The notes under the pieces: model-generated | The model's input: only the letters and a program-made list of their open reading frames with translations | Told to the model about the DNA's origin: nothing | Database searches by the model: none | Program-made: the position numbers and the translations under genes | In this document: in pieces, positions 7,562 through 17,878 of the stretch | Position numbering within the stretch: position 1 is the first letter of the stretch | Layout of the letters: each line of letters opens with the position of its first letter | Source of the DNA: Acidobacteriota bacterium | GTDB taxonomy: Bacteria; Acidobacteriota; UBA6911; RPQK01; JAJDTT01 | Length of the DNA stretch: 64,000 nucleotides | Direction: 5' to 3' | Assembly (NCBI GenBank): GCA_965209055.1 | Contig: OZ242374.1 | Location: forward strand, 480,001-544,000

Positions 7562-10500
7562 ATGCATCAGGCACCTCGTCTGCGCCCCGGCATCCTGGCG
7601 CTCACCCTGGCACTCGTCATTTGCCTCTCCCTGCCCCACGCGTACGGTCAGTTGACCACGTACGGACAGATCGTGGGACGCGTCATCGACCAGACGGGAG
7701 CCGTGGTCCCAGGGGTCGAAATCACCGTCACCAACACGGAAACCAACATTCCCCGAGCCGCAGTCAGCAACGACACGGGGAACTACCTGGTGGACAAGCT
7801 CATCGCCGGTGTCTACGAGGCCCGGGCGGAATTGCCCGGATTCAAGACCCACGTGGCCGAGGTTCGCTTGAACACCGGTCAGGTGGCGCGTCTCGATTTT
7901 CTCCTGGCTCCCGGCGAGATCGCCGAACAGGTCACCGTCATGGGACAGACCACGGCGCTGGACACGGACACGGCGGACATCAGCACCACGCTGGACGAGA
8001 CCCAGATCACGGAGTTGCCCATCAACGACCGGAACCTGATCCTGCTGGCGGAACTCTCCACCGGTTCGGTCAGCGTTCGCTACTCGACGGACCCCCGCTT
8101 CGTCCGTGACTCGGGTGGTCTTCCGTCGGTCAACGGCCTGCGGCCCGACTCCAACCAGATCATGCTGGACGGCGCCGGCGCCCAGAGGCTCTACGATCAG
8201 CGGGCTACCGTGAATCCGACGCCGGAGACGGTCAAGCAGTTCAAGGTGATCAGCAACACCTTCTCGGCCGAGTACGGCCGGGTCGGAGGGGCCGTGGTGA
8301 GCATGACCAGCCACAGCGGCAGCAACGAGTTTCACGGCTTCGCCTGGGAGTATCTGCGCAACGAAGCGTTCGACGCCAACGGCTTTTTCGCCAACCGGAC
8401 CGGACTGGGCAAGCTGCCGTTGAGCCGCCACACCTTCGGCGGCGCCGTGGGCGGGCCCATCATCAAGGACAAGACCTTCTTCTACGCCAGCTACGAGCGC
8501 TTCATGGACGAGTCGAACCTGACCGGCTTCATGGACGTTCCTCCCGCCTCGGAGTTGGCGGGGAATTTCGGAGCGGGCGACGGGAAGCACGGCCTGAATC
8601 CCATCTACGACCCCTTCAACGTGGTCGACGGGCAGCGGGTCCAATTTCCCAACAACGTCATCCCCACCAGCAGAATCCATCCCGTCTCCCTGGCGGTTCG
8701 GGACAAGGTGCCCTGGCCATCTCCAAACCAGAACGTCTATCCCAACTACGCCTATCCCCACGTCATCGACCAGGTGAAGAACAAGGTCTCGATTCGAGGG
8801 GATCACCACTTGGGCGATGATTCGACGCTCTTCGGGCGCTGGACCTGGCAGAACGACCCGCAGATCTCCCACGGCTCGGCGTCGGCCGGATCCTTCGGCT
8901 TCTTCGTCGGGCGCGGTCGGCTCGGTGTTCCCGGGATGAGAAGCAACGTCTACGAGGTGTTTACCGAGCTGGAGACCGGGTGGCAGACCAGCGGCGGCTG
9001 GGTCAAGCCGATCGGGACCAACGTGGTGAACGAGTTGAACTTCACCGGTTGGAAGTCGGACTTCGGCAACAACAGCGCCGACACGGTGGACTGGTTCCAG
9101 GAGTTCGGCTACGACCTGGCGGGGCAGGACGGCATCTTCGCCATCGGCGACAACGGCCAGCGCGGTCCCGCCGACCTGCCTTCCATCGGCATCAGCGGGT
9201 ATTCCAACATCCAGGGCCAGGGCGAGTTCGACCAGGGCGACTGGGGATTCAGCATCAAGGAGACGGCCTCCTGGCGAAAGGGCAACCACTACCTGAAAGT
9301 CGGAATCGGGACTATTCGGAACATGAACGTGCGGCTGGGCTGGGTGAGACCCACGGCTCGGGTCAGCTTCAACGGCTACCAGACGGGGCAGATCACCTAC
9401 GGCGCCGACGGCGGCATCACAGGTTCCACCTTCGGCCAGCCCTACGCCGATTTCCTGCTCGGCACCGTGTCGGATGCTCAGGCCAGGATCACGGGAGGGG
9501 CCGGATACGGCCTCGGAAACTTCGGCGGCTACAATCAGTCGGCCTACAACTGGTTCATCAACGACGACTGGAAGGTCACGCCGGACCTCAGCCTGAACAT
9601 TGGATTGAGGCACGAAATCCCCCTTCCGGAGCACTGGCTGGACAACAAGGGGAACTGTTTTATAGACGTGACCGGAGGGCGGGACAACCCCGTCCACATG
9701 GTGCCCAAGGGTTTCCCCTATGACTCTCCCCTGGTGACCAACGGCCAGCGGGAGGTCCTGGTGGTCCCGGTGGTGGAACTGGACAGCCAGCGCTGCCGGG
9801 GGGTTCCTTGGCAGAGCTTCGCCCCCAGAGTGGGAATCGCCTGGCGGATGTTCGGCACCAACCGGACGGTCCTGCGCGCCGGTGGCGGCCTGTCTTTCGA
9901 CCAGGAGTACGGTGGCTGGAAGGTGGGCGTCGGCTGGGTCGGCCCCTATGTGGGCACCGTCCGCGGCATCCAGGCTCGGGGACAGGTTCCCGAGTACATG
10001 CACGGCGGCTTCCTGGACCTGCCCTCCACGTCGGCGGCCAGAGTGCACAGCGACGGCGCCTACTCGTATGACGGCAGCGGCTCCCAGACCGGCCAGGTCT
10101 ACAGCTACAACCTGTCGATTCAGCACGAGCTGTTCGACGACACCAAGGTGGAGATCGCCTACGTGGGCAATCAGGGCCGGCACATGAGAAATCATCGGGC
10201 CTGGAACGTGTCGCAGATCGCCGGACAGCCCATCATCCTGAACACCGGAGAGACGATCCGGGCGGAAGGGAACCGGGATATGAGGCGCCCCTATCCGCTG
10301 ATCGCCACCACCCTGCAGATCCGCTTCGACGGGTCGCAGCACTACAACTCGCTGCAGGCCAAGATCGAGCGGATGCCGAGGGACGGCCTTGGCATCTCGG
10401 CCGGTTGGACCTACGGCCGGGTCTTCGCCACCAACTACGCCGGAACCTATATCGCGGTGGTGCCCAACGAGTTCGACCGCACGCCGCTCAACACCCGGAC

Positions 10501-11050
10501 CAAGTGGGACCGGCTCCACAGCTACTACACGGCTTTCACCTGGAGACTGCCCATCTTTCGGAACGCCACCGGCCTCACCAGGACGTTGTTGGGAGGTTGG
10601 GAGGCCACCTCCGTCATCACCGCAGCCACCGGGTCGCCGTTCGGCGTCCGCGTGGGACGAGACGTGAACGACATCGGTTCCCGGCGCCTGTTGATGCCCG
10701 ACCGGTTGAGTACAGGTCAGCTTCCCGAGAGCCAGAGGACGGTGGATCGCTACTACGACGTCAGCGCCTTCGCGATACCGGCCGTGGGACGATTCGGCAA
10801 CTCACACATGTGGCCGCTGGAGGGGGATGGAATCAGCGTCTTCGACATCGGCCTCCACAAGGCGTTCGCCCTGGGAGAGGAAAAGGAGTTGGATTTCCGC
10901 GTGGAAATGTTCAACGCCTTCAACCATCCCATCTTCGATACGCCCGGTGGCAAGGGCGGACAGGACGCCATCGAGAGCGGCGGTGCCGGAAGGGTCTCTT
11001 CCGCCTCCCAGCCGCGCCGGCTCCAGTTCGCGTTCCGGTTTTCGTTCTGA
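7562..11050 (+). CDS. TonB-dependent receptor (Oar-like, carboxypeptidase-regulatory N-domain)
   Basis: RBS AGGAGG; GQIVGRVIDQTGAVVPG, FSAEYGR, SGSNEFHG, FRVEMFNAFNHP and terminal PRRLQFAFRFSF. Confidence 0.95.
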   Translation: MHQAPRLRPGILALTLALVICLSLPHAYGQLTTYGQIVGRVIDQTGAVVPGVEITVTNTETNIPRAAVSNDTGNYLVDKLIAGVYEARAELPGFKTHVAEVRLNTGQVARLDFLLAPGEIAEQVTVMGQTTALDTDTADISTTLDETQITELPINDRNLILLAELSTGSVSVRYSTDPRFVRDSGGLPSVNGLRPDSNQIMLDGAGAQRLYDQRATVNPTPETVKQFKVISNTFSAEYGRVGGAVVSMTSHSGSNEFHGFAWEYLRNEAFDANGFFANRTGLGKLPLSRHTFGGAVGGPIIKDKTFFYASYERFMDESNLTGFMDVPPASELAGNFGAGDGKHGLNPIYDPFNVVDGQRVQFPNNVIPTSRIHPVSLAVRDKVPWPSPNQNVYPNYAYPHVIDQVKNKVSIRGDHHLGDDSTLFGRWTWQNDPQISHGSASAGSFGFFVGRGRLGVPGMRSNVYEVFTELETGWQTSGGWVKPIGTNVVNELNFTGWKSDFGNNSADTVDWFQEFGYDLAGQDGIFAIGDNGQRGPADLPSIGISGYSNIQGQGEFDQGDWGFSIKETASWRKGNHYLKVGIGTIRNMNVRLGWVRPTARVSFNGYQTGQITYGADGGITGSTFGQPYADFLLGTVSDAQARITGGAGYGLGNFGGYNQSAYNWFINDDWKVTPDLSLNIGLRHEIPLPEHWLDNKGNCFIDVTGGRDNPVHMVPKGFPYDSPLVTNGQREVLVVPVVELDSQRCRGVPWQSFAPRVGIAWRMFGTNRTVLRAGGGLSFDQEYGGWKVGVGWVGPYVGTVRGIQARGQVPEYMHGGFLDLPSTSAARVHSDGAYSYDGSGSQTGQVYSYNLSIQHELFDDTKVEIAYVGNQGRHMRNHRAWNVSQIAGQPIILNTGETIRAEGNRDMRRPYPLIATTLQIRFDGSQHYNSLQAKIERMPRDGLGISAGWTYGRVFATNYAGTYIAVVPNEFDRTPLNTRTKWDRLHSYYTAFTWRLPIFRNATGLTRTLLGGWEATSVITAATGSPFGVRVGRDVNDIGSRRLLMPDRLSTGQLPESQRTVDRYYDVSAFAIPAVGRFGNSHMWPLEGDGISVFDIGLHKAFALGEEKELDFRVEMFNAFNHPIFDTPGGKGGQDAIESGGAGRVSSASQPRRLQFAFRFSF

Positions 11051-11059
11051 GGGAGAGAG

Positions 11060-11161
11060 GAGGGGGGGACGTCCTTGTCCCCCCCTCTACCGTGTTGGAA
11101 TCGTAAAGGGGAGACTAACGTCCCCCCTACCCCCTCGTTGCCGGGGACGGGAGTGTCCCCG
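11060..11161. repeat. cluster of three GGGGAC-N4/6-GTCCCC hairpins (REP-like or bidirectional terminator)
   Basis: Stems at 11060-11087 (11 bp perfect), 11107-11128 (1 mismatch) and 11142-11161 (7 bp), between convergent genes. Confidence 0.6.
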
Positions 11162-11489
11162 CTCCGACGTCTGTCGTCGTCGCTGGGTCTTCCGCGCGCA
11201 GACCGACCTGAATCGTTACTCTTATGTGGTCGTCTAACGCACCAATCATCCTGATCATCCGGTCCAGCGTGAACCGTCCAAGATTTGCGTTTCGGATACG
11301 CGAGAAGTCGGCGGCTGCGAAGCCGGTGATACTCGCCGCCTTTCGCACGCTGAGACCGCGTTCGTCCAGCACGGCGATGATCCGAGCTGCGAGGATGGCC
11401 TTGGCCTGCTTCAGATCGGCCTCAGGGTCCCCGAAATCGCGAAAGATATTGCCGCTTCCCTCGACCAGTTCGAAGTTCTCATCCGTCAT
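11127..11489 (-). CDS. XRE/HTH_37-family antitoxin (HigA-like)
   Basis: GSGNIFRDFG...KAILAARI...GLSVRKAA...DFSRIRNANLGRFTLDRM; TGATG overlap with the upstream toxin fragment. Confidence 0.88.
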   Translation of the reverse strand: MTDENFELVEGSGNIFRDFGDPEADLKQAKAILAARIIAVLDERGLSVRKAASITGFAAADFSRIRNANLGRFTLDRMIRMIGALDDHIRVTIQVGLRAEDPATTTDVGAGTLPSPATRG

Positions 11490-11629
11490 CACATCAGTTC
11501 CTTCCTTAATCGTCTGAGACGCGCCCGGATGAGGTCGATCTCGGATTTTGGCGTCCGGATTCCCGTTTTGGATTTCTTCTGGAAAGCGTGCAGCACCCAC
11601 AGCTTTTTCGCGATCTCGGTGACATACAC
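11489..11629 (-). pseudogene. C-terminal half of a RelE/HigB (Gp49-like) toxin
   Basis: VYVTEIAKKLWVLHAFQKKSKTGIRTPKSEIDLIRARLRRLRKELM*; the N-terminal half is absent and the fragment abuts the TPR gene stop. Confidence 0.8.
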
Positions 11630-12894
11630 TACTCTCCAGGGCTCGATAGAGGCTTCATCTTCTCCTCGTGCTCCCGCGCCTTCACCGTATTGCCCAACCT
11701 GACGTAGACGGCGTGGAGCAACCGGTGATGCTCCGAGCGGGCGACCGAGCCTTCCCTGTCCGTTGGCAGGAGAGCCAGACGCCGCTCCAGGTCCAGCGCC
11801 TTTAAGGCCCAGGATTCGGCCTCATGGAACTGCCGGCGGTGGAAACTGGCGACGGCCATCAGAAAAGGGCCTACCGGCGCCAGGGGGTTGAGGTCGATGA
11901 TCTTGCCCGCGTGGGTTGCGGCCCGCTGAAATTGGCCGGCTTCCAGCTCCAACTCGGCCAGGTCGGCCAGGAGGCCGGCGCCGACAGTGCATCGACGGAC
12001 CGCCTTCCGTAACTCGGAGAGGGCTTCTCCCTTCCTGCCGTCGGCCTTGAGGCTTCTGCCCAGAAAGTTGAGCAGGCGGCAGTCGCCGGGATGGGAACGG
12101 GCGTATTCTCTTAACCGCCGGACGGCTTCGGAATATGAGCCCCGGAGCCAGGCCAGCCCGCCCCGATACAGGTTTATTTCAGCGTGGCCGCTGTCCAGCT
12201 CTTCGGCCTTCTTGATCGCATCTTGAGCCAGACTGGGCCGGCCCAGCTCCAGGTAGACGCCCGCCAGCTCCAGGTGCACGGAGGCGGATGCCTGGGGAGA
12301 GGCAGCCAGATTCAGCAGAGTCCGCAGCTGCTTCTTCAGATGTTCCCGCTTGCCGTGGAAACGAAGAACGCCCCGGCCCTCGTCGCGGCGGCCCTGCCGG
12401 AGGAGCGCCCGTCCCAGATGGAAGAGAGCCGGATCGTACTCGGGGTCGGCATCCAACACTGCGAGAAGGGCCTCCCCCGCCTCCCGAAAACGGCCCTCCT
12501 TCAGCTCGATGCGTCCCCGGTAGTACAGCGCATCGGGGTCTCCCGGCCGGTCGTCGAGTACGCGTTGGAACTCCTCCCGGGCTTCTTGATGCCGGCCTTG
12601 GTGGAAGTAGACGATTCCGGTCCGGGAGCGAATCCTCCAAGCGTCCTTGAACCCGGCCTCCCGGGCTCGCTCAAGGCTCTCCAGCGCCACCGCATAACGC
12701 CCCAGGACCGTCTCGCAGACTCCCTTCTGGTAGTAGAGCCGCGGATCGTTCCCTCCGCTCACCAGCAAGACCTCAATCTCCTCCAGGGCGCCGAGGTAGT
12801 TGTCGTCGCGCATCTTGGCCAGGACGCTCTCCAGCGGGTCCGGTGCGCCCGGGGAGGCCAGAGTCTGGAAGAGCAACAGCAAGACGGTCTTCAC
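11629..12894 (-). CDS. tetratricopeptide repeat protein
   Basis: Multiple TPRs (LYYQKG, ALYYRG, ALFHLG, VHLELA); GTG 12894 overlaps the CRTAC1 stop (GTGA). Confidence 0.85.
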   Translation of the reverse strand: MKTVLLLLFQTLASPGAPDPLESVLAKMRDDNYLGALEEIEVLLVSGGNDPRLYYQKGVCETVLGRYAVALESLERAREAGFKDAWRIRSRTGIVYFHQGRHQEAREEFQRVLDDRPGDPDALYYRGRIELKEGRFREAGEALLAVLDADPEYDPALFHLGRALLRQGRRDEGRGVLRFHGKREHLKKQLRTLLNLAASPQASASVHLELAGVYLELGRPSLAQDAIKKAEELDSGHAEINLYRGGLAWLRGSYSEAVRRLREYARSHPGDCRLLNFLGRSLKADGRKGEALSELRKAVRRCTVGAGLLADLAELELEAGQFQRAATHAGKIIDLNPLAPVGPFLMAVASFHRRQFHEAESWALKALDLERRLALLPTDREGSVARSEHHRLLHAVYVRLGNTVKAREHEEKMKPLSSPGE

Positions 12895-14552
12895 GGTTCC
12901 TGAATGGAAAGAGTCTGGTTCAGAGTTTGGGGCGGCGTCACGTCCTGCGTCCTGCCGCACGGCCAGTCGATGCGGATCGAATCGACCTTCGTTCGTCGCC
13001 CCAGGCCGAAGTGGAGCCGCGGGTCGTTCTGGCTCAGGTAGCTGCTGGCCGAGCGCAGTTCCCGGGCCAGTTTCAGATCGCCGGCGCCAAGCGTCGCCCG
13101 GGCCCCCACGGCGTCCCGGTTGCAGTGGGTTCCCCGCAGCCGGAAGCGGATCCAGTTGCCGCCTCCCCCGCTGCGGTTCTCCAGCAGGTCGGCCTTGCCT
13201 CCGCAGTTGGTCACCAGCAGGTCCAGCTTGCCGTCGTTGTTGAAGTCCCCCACGGCCGAGCCCCGGGAGACGTTCCGGACCGAAAAGTAGGCCCCGGGAT
13301 CGCCGGCCTCGGTGAACCTTCCCTTTCCGTCATTCAGGAACAACTGGTTCGGCTGGCGGTACCGGCTGCCCGGATTGGCGCGGTCGGCCTCCTCCAGGAC
13401 GTGTCCGTTGGCCACGAAGAGGTCCAGGTCTCCGTCGTTGTCGGCATCGAAGAAGTTGGCGCCGAATCCCAGGGGAACGAAGCTGGGCCCCGAGAGCCCC
13501 GAGTCGATGATCCGGTCGCTGAAGAATTCTCCGTCCTCGTTCCAATAGAGGGCGTTGTACTGGAGCGAGTAGTTGGTGACCAGGACATGGACGCGGCCTC
13601 GTCCGTCCAGGTCGCCGGCGGCCACGCCCATGCCGGCCTGGGCCATGCCGGAGCCGCCCAGGGCCGTCCCCGATTCCAGGGAGACGTCCTGAAAGCTGCC
13701 GTCGCCCAAGTTTCGGAACAGGTAGTTTCCGGTGGTGTCGTTGGCCACGTACAGGTCCTGATCCCCGTCCCGGTCCAGATCCAGCCAGAGGACTCCCAGA
13801 CTCTTGCTGTAGCGGGCCTCCTCCCGCAAGCCGGCGCTCCGGGTCACGTCGATGAAGGTGCGTCCTCCCAGGTTCCGGTAGAGGACGTTGCCCACTCCGT
13901 CAAAGCCATGGGGGTAGCAGTAGATGGGGACCTGCCGGAAGTAGCACGGTTCATGGTCCTGAAAGGAGAACTCCAGGTAGTTGGCCAGGTAGAGGTCGAG
14001 GAGACCGTCTCCATCGTAGTCGGCGAAGGCGGCGCTGGTCCCCCATCGGGGATCCGCGACCCCCGATCGCCTGCTCACGTCCCGGAAGGCGCCGTCCCCC
14101 TGGTTCCGGTAGAGCACGTTGGGGCCCACGTTGGTGACGTAGATGTCCACGCGGCCATCGTTGTCGTAGTCGCCGAAGGTGCACCCCATGCCGTAGGACG
14201 AGTCCCCGGCTCCCGCCTCCCCGGTGACGTCGGCGAAGGTCCCGTCCCCGCGGTTCCGGTAGAGGCGGTTCGAACCGCGGCCGTTGACGAGATAGATGTC
14301 CATCCAGCCGTCGTCGTCGAAGTCCAGAAAACCGCCTCCGGACCCCATGGTCTCGATCAGGTATTTGGCCGCCGGATCGGGTTCGGCGACCTGGTTTCGA
14401 TGGACGAATTCCAGCCCCGCCTCCCGGCTGACGTCGACGAACCGGGGCGTGGCCCCGTCTTTCGCCGGAAGGTGGGCGTGGAGGACCAGAAGGAGGACCG
14501 GCAACAATCCCTTCGCCGGAGGCAACGGCACCTGGTCCCGAGGCCGGCTCAT
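12891..14552 (-). CDS. CRTAC1/ASPIC-UnbV FG-GAP repeat protein
   Basis: DFDDDGWMDIY, DYDNDGRVDIY, DADNDGDLDLF repeats; C-terminal SYLSQNDPRLHFGLG; ATGA overlap at 14549-14552. Confidence 0.93.
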   Translation of the reverse strand: MSRPRDQVPLPPAKGLLPVLLLVLHAHLPAKDGATPRFVDVSREAGLEFVHRNQVAEPDPAAKYLIETMGSGGGFLDFDDDGWMDIYLVNGRGSNRLYRNRGDGTFADVTGEAGAGDSSYGMGCTFGDYDNDGRVDIYVTNVGPNVLYRNQGDGAFRDVSRRSGVADPRWGTSAAFADYDGDGLLDLYLANYLEFSFQDHEPCYFRQVPIYCYPHGFDGVGNVLYRNLGGRTFIDVTRSAGLREEARYSKSLGVLWLDLDRDGDQDLYVANDTTGNYLFRNLGDGSFQDVSLESGTALGGSGMAQAGMGVAAGDLDGRGRVHVLVTNYSLQYNALYWNEDGEFFSDRIIDSGLSGPSFVPLGFGANFFDADNDGDLDLFVANGHVLEEADRANPGSRYRQPNQLFLNDGKGRFTEAGDPGAYFSVRNVSRGSAVGDFNNDGKLDLLVTNCGGKADLLENRSGGGGNWIRFRLRGTHCNRDAVGARATLGAGDLKLARELRSASSYLSQNDPRLHFGLGRRTKVDSIRIDWPCGRTQDVTPPQTLNQTLSIQEP

Positions 14553-16198
14553 TCCGTCCAGAGCGCGTAGAGGGAGCCTTTTCGGAGGTGAATCCGCAGA
14601 ACCACGGTCTGCCCGCTCAGGCGGGCCACGGAATCGGATCCATTCCACCGGATGGGGAAGCGGGTCCGGTCGCCGCCGAGCGAGAGGCTGTCGCCACCGG
14701 AGAAACCGGGGATGGGCCGTCCGCCGGCATCCAGGATCTCGACCCGGATCCGGCCCTCCGCGGCGTCCAGATTGACCCAGAGGCGACTGCCGCTCATCAC
14801 CAGGGGACGGGTGGTCAGGGTCCCTTCGCTCCGTCCCGCGTCCAGCGACACGAAGCCGTCCCGGCGCAGAACCGCCACGTGTATGGCGGAATGGGCGTCC
14901 TCCACGTAGTCGGCGCGCTCCTGCGGATTGAGGGTTTCGGGGCTGCGCGGGCTCCCGTCCAGGTACCGGTCATAGGGGCAGACCCGCCACTTGAAGCCCG
15001 AGTAGTAGAACCACAGTTCTTCGTCCTTCTCCACCGGCCGGTTGGTGGGCATCAACTGCATCCGGTCGTAGTTGCCGGCCAGGCCCTGGTCGAGGCGCGA
15101 CGGCCCGATGAAGGGCTCGCGGTTCCCCAGGCGCTCCCAGTGCTGCAGGTCCCGCGTCATGGCCAACTGGATCAGGTGGAAGCCGTCGGCGTTGCGCCGC
15201 TCCGGAAGCCGCCTTCCGGTGGGGTAGAAGATCATGGGCAGACCGATGTAGAGACCTTCGTAAGGGAAGACGCCGATGTTGTAGGACTGGGCATTCCAGA
15301 TCCCCCGGTTTCGGAACTCCACTTCGGGCGGTGTCCATCCCATGGACGGGTCCGGGTCCACGAAGAGAGGCCGCGCCAGACCCGGATCGGCGATCCGTCT
15401 CCGGATCACTTCAAGGGCGTGCTCCTGGTCCCGATCGTCGGTGCTGAAGAAGAATCGGGGCTCCGACCAGTTCACGAAGTCCTTGCTGACGGAGAGATTG
15501 TAGGAACGGCCATACTTGCCGCCGAACTTGAGCAGGCCCAGAAACTGGCGCCGTTCCCGGTCGTAGGTCAGGGTGCCGGCATCGCCGGACGGCAGGACCG
15601 GAACTTCCAGGATCGTCCAGTGGACGGCGTCGGGGCTCACCACGGGCCGGCGGCCGCTGTGGCCCAGGAATCCCTTGTACCGCCGGGCGGGATCGGGATC
15701 TTCGGGATCGTGGACCACGTGCCAGAGCCGCTTGTTCTCCGGAGCGGCGATGAGGTTGTTGGCCCGGGACCCGCGGAAGTCCACCGCGCCCAGGTCGGGC
15801 TTTTCCCAGGCCAGGCCGTCCCGGGAGGTGGCCAGCGCCCAACGGAAGCCCTCTTCGGCGTAACGGAGAGGCCGTCCCTCGTAGACCATCTTGTAGCGCC
15901 CCTCCCCCTCGATCCACATGGGCGCCGAGACGGTGGCGGTGAAGCGGCCGTCCCAGGGCCGGTCCGGCAGCAGCACGGCTCCCCGCTTGGCGGGCCGGTG
16001 CATGACCCGGTCCAGACTCCGGATCTCGCCGACGATGTGGTCGTCCAGGAAGAGCTGTTTGCGGCCCGGCTCCAGGGGGACCGGTTCTTCCGCGGCGGCG
16101 GATCTTCCCTGCCCCGGCAGCAGCAGGAGAGTCAGGGCCGCGAACAGGGTCCAAAGGCGTCGACTCACGGGAGATTCTCCGTTTCGCTTGGCGCTCAT
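14549..16198 (-). CDS. secreted five-bladed beta-propeller glycoside hydrolase-like protein (LRxDGF family) 1
   Basis: Signal peptide, KQLFLDD, SRDGLAW, RRYKG, ELWFYY, LRRDGFVSL, TRPL, LYALW; ATGA overlap. Confidence 0.8.
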   Translation of the reverse strand: MSAKRNGESPVSRRLWTLFAALTLLLLPGQGRSAAAEEPVPLEPGRKQLFLDDHIVGEIRSLDRVMHRPAKRGAVLLPDRPWDGRFTATVSAPMWIEGEGRYKMVYEGRPLRYAEEGFRWALATSRDGLAWEKPDLGAVDFRGSRANNLIAAPENKRLWHVVHDPEDPDPARRYKGFLGHSGRRPVVSPDAVHWTILEVPVLPSGDAGTLTYDRERRQFLGLLKFGGKYGRSYNLSVSKDFVNWSEPRFFFSTDDRDQEHALEVIRRRIADPGLARPLFVDPDPSMGWTPPEVEFRNRGIWNAQSYNIGVFPYEGLYIGLPMIFYPTGRRLPERRNADGFHLIQLAMTRDLQHWERLGNREPFIGPSRLDQGLAGNYDRMQLMPTNRPVEKDEELWFYYSGFKWRVCPYDRYLDGSPRSPETLNPQERADYVEDAHSAIHVAVLRRDGFVSLDAGRSEGTLTTRPLVMSGSRLWVNLDAAEGRIRVEILDAGGRPIPGFSGGDSLSLGGDRTRFPIRWNGSDSVARLSGQTVVLRIHLRKGSLYALWTE

Positions 16199-17835
16199 TC
16201 GGTCCAGAAGGAATACAACGAGGCATCCCGAAGATGGATCTTCAGCCTCACCGTCCGGCCCGCCAGGCCGGACAATCCGTCCTTTCCCTTCCATCCGGCC
16301 GCGACCCGGACCCGGTCCCCTCCGGCCGCCGCCGAATCATCCAGCCCGAAGCCGGGTAGGGCGCGGCCCGTTTCGTCCAGGACCTCCACCCGGGCTTCCC
16401 CTTCCGGAGCCTGGAGATTCAGGAACAGGCGGTCCCCGGCCAGCTTCAGAGGTTTCGTCAGCAGGAATCCCCCGGCCGCTTCCGCATCCAGCGAAATGAA
16501 CCCGTCCCGCCGCAGGACCGAGACGTACACGGCGCTGAGGGTGTCTTCGATCCAGTCCGCCCGCTCCTCGGCCGACAGGGTGGACGGATCGCGGGGCGCG
16601 CCGTTCCGGTACCGGTCATGCTGGGGGACGCGGCGCTTCATGCCGGTGTAGTAGAACCAGAGCTCGTCTCCCCGGTCCACGGGTTGGTTCGTCACGTTGA
16701 GCTGCAGCCGGTCGTAGTTTCCCACCAGGCCCTCATCCAGGCGGGAGGTGGAGATGAACGGCTGGCGGCCGCCCAGCCGCTTCCAGGTCTTGAGATCGCG
16801 GGTCATGGCCAACTGCATCTCGTTGAACCCGTCGGTATTGGTCCCCTCGGGGAGCCGGATCCCGGTGGGATAGAAGAACATGAGCCAGCCCAGGTGCATC
16901 CCTTCGTAGGGAAACACGCCGATGTTGTAGCACTGGACGTTCCAGGTCCCCCGGTTCCGGAATTCCCCCGGCGGCTGCGTCCAACCGGTAGCCGGATCGG
17001 GATCCACCATCAGAGGCTTGGCCAGGCCCGGATCGGCCAGCCGGCGGCGGATCACGTCCAGGGCCATTTTCTGGTCCTCGTCGTCGGTGCCGAAGAGGAA
17101 CCGAGGCTCCGACCAGTTCACGAAGTCCTTGCTGACGGAGAGGTTGTAGGAGCGCCCGTGCTTGCCGAGGAACTTGAGCAATCCCAGGAACCGGCGGTTC
17201 TCCCGGTCGTAGGTGAGGGTGCCCGCGTCGCCCGAAGGGAGCTTCTCCACCTCCAGCAGTTTCCAACGGATGCAGTCGGGACTCACCACCGGACGCCGCC
17301 CGCTGGCGCCCAGGAACCCCTTGTAGCGCCGCCCGGGATCCGGATCGTCCGGATCGTAGACCACCTGCCAGAGGCGCTGCCGCTCAGGAGAGTCGATCAG
17401 GTTGTTCTCCCTGTTGCCGTTGAACTCCAGCACCCCCAGGTTCGGTTTTTCCCAGTTGAGGCCGTCCCGGGAGAGCGCCAGCGCCCAGTAGGTCGTGCCT
17501 TTTCCTCCGGTCGGCCGGTGCCTGGCTTCGTAGACGAATTTGTATATCCCCTCATCGGGAATCCACATGGGAGCGCTGACCGTCTGCACGAGGGTTCCGT
17601 CCGAGGGGATGTCGGCCTTGAGGACGACCCCCCGTTTGCGGGGCCGGTGAAAGCTCCGGGACAGATTGTCAGTCTTTTCCAGGACGTGCTCGTCCAGAAA
17701 CAGCTCTCGCTTCTCCGGCTCCAGCGGGATGACTTCGGTGGCTTTCACCTCCCAGCCGGACGCCAGCAGGAAACACGCCAAAGAGAAAATCAGACGGGGC
17801 TTCAATGCTTTCCTCGAATTGTGGATTGCCTCCAA
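16195..17835 (-). CDS. secreted beta-propeller glycoside hydrolase-like protein (LRxDGF family) 2
   Basis: Tandem paralog of 14549-16198 (shared LPSGDAGTLTYDRE, SYNLSVSKDFVNWSEPRF); LRRDGFISL. Confidence 0.8.
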   Translation of the reverse strand: MEAIHNSRKALKPRLIFSLACFLLASGWEVKATEVIPLEPEKRELFLDEHVLEKTDNLSRSFHRPRKRGVVLKADIPSDGTLVQTVSAPMWIPDEGIYKFVYEARHRPTGGKGTTYWALALSRDGLNWEKPNLGVLEFNGNRENNLIDSPERQRLWQVVYDPDDPDPGRRYKGFLGASGRRPVVSPDCIRWKLLEVEKLPSGDAGTLTYDRENRRFLGLLKFLGKHGRSYNLSVSKDFVNWSEPRFLFGTDDEDQKMALDVIRRRLADPGLAKPLMVDPDPATGWTQPPGEFRNRGTWNVQCYNIGVFPYEGMHLGWLMFFYPTGIRLPEGTNTDGFNEMQLAMTRDLKTWKRLGGRQPFISTSRLDEGLVGNYDRLQLNVTNQPVDRGDELWFYYTGMKRRVPQHDRYRNGAPRDPSTLSAEERADWIEDTLSAVYVSVLRRDGFISLDAEAAGGFLLTKPLKLAGDRLFLNLQAPEGEARVEVLDETGRALPGFGLDDSAAAGGDRVRVAAGWKGKDGLSGLAGRTVRLKIHLRDASLYSFWTE

Positions 17836-17878
17836 TCATGACACCCTGTTCGGAAACATCCAACCGGGAGAATCCCAG

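Noticed and set aside
7547-10519. Long antisense ORFs (also 5464-7296, 27392-30058, 47342-49582, 60056-62620 and others)
   Set aside because: Shadow frames of well-supported genes in high-GC DNA; no family motifs
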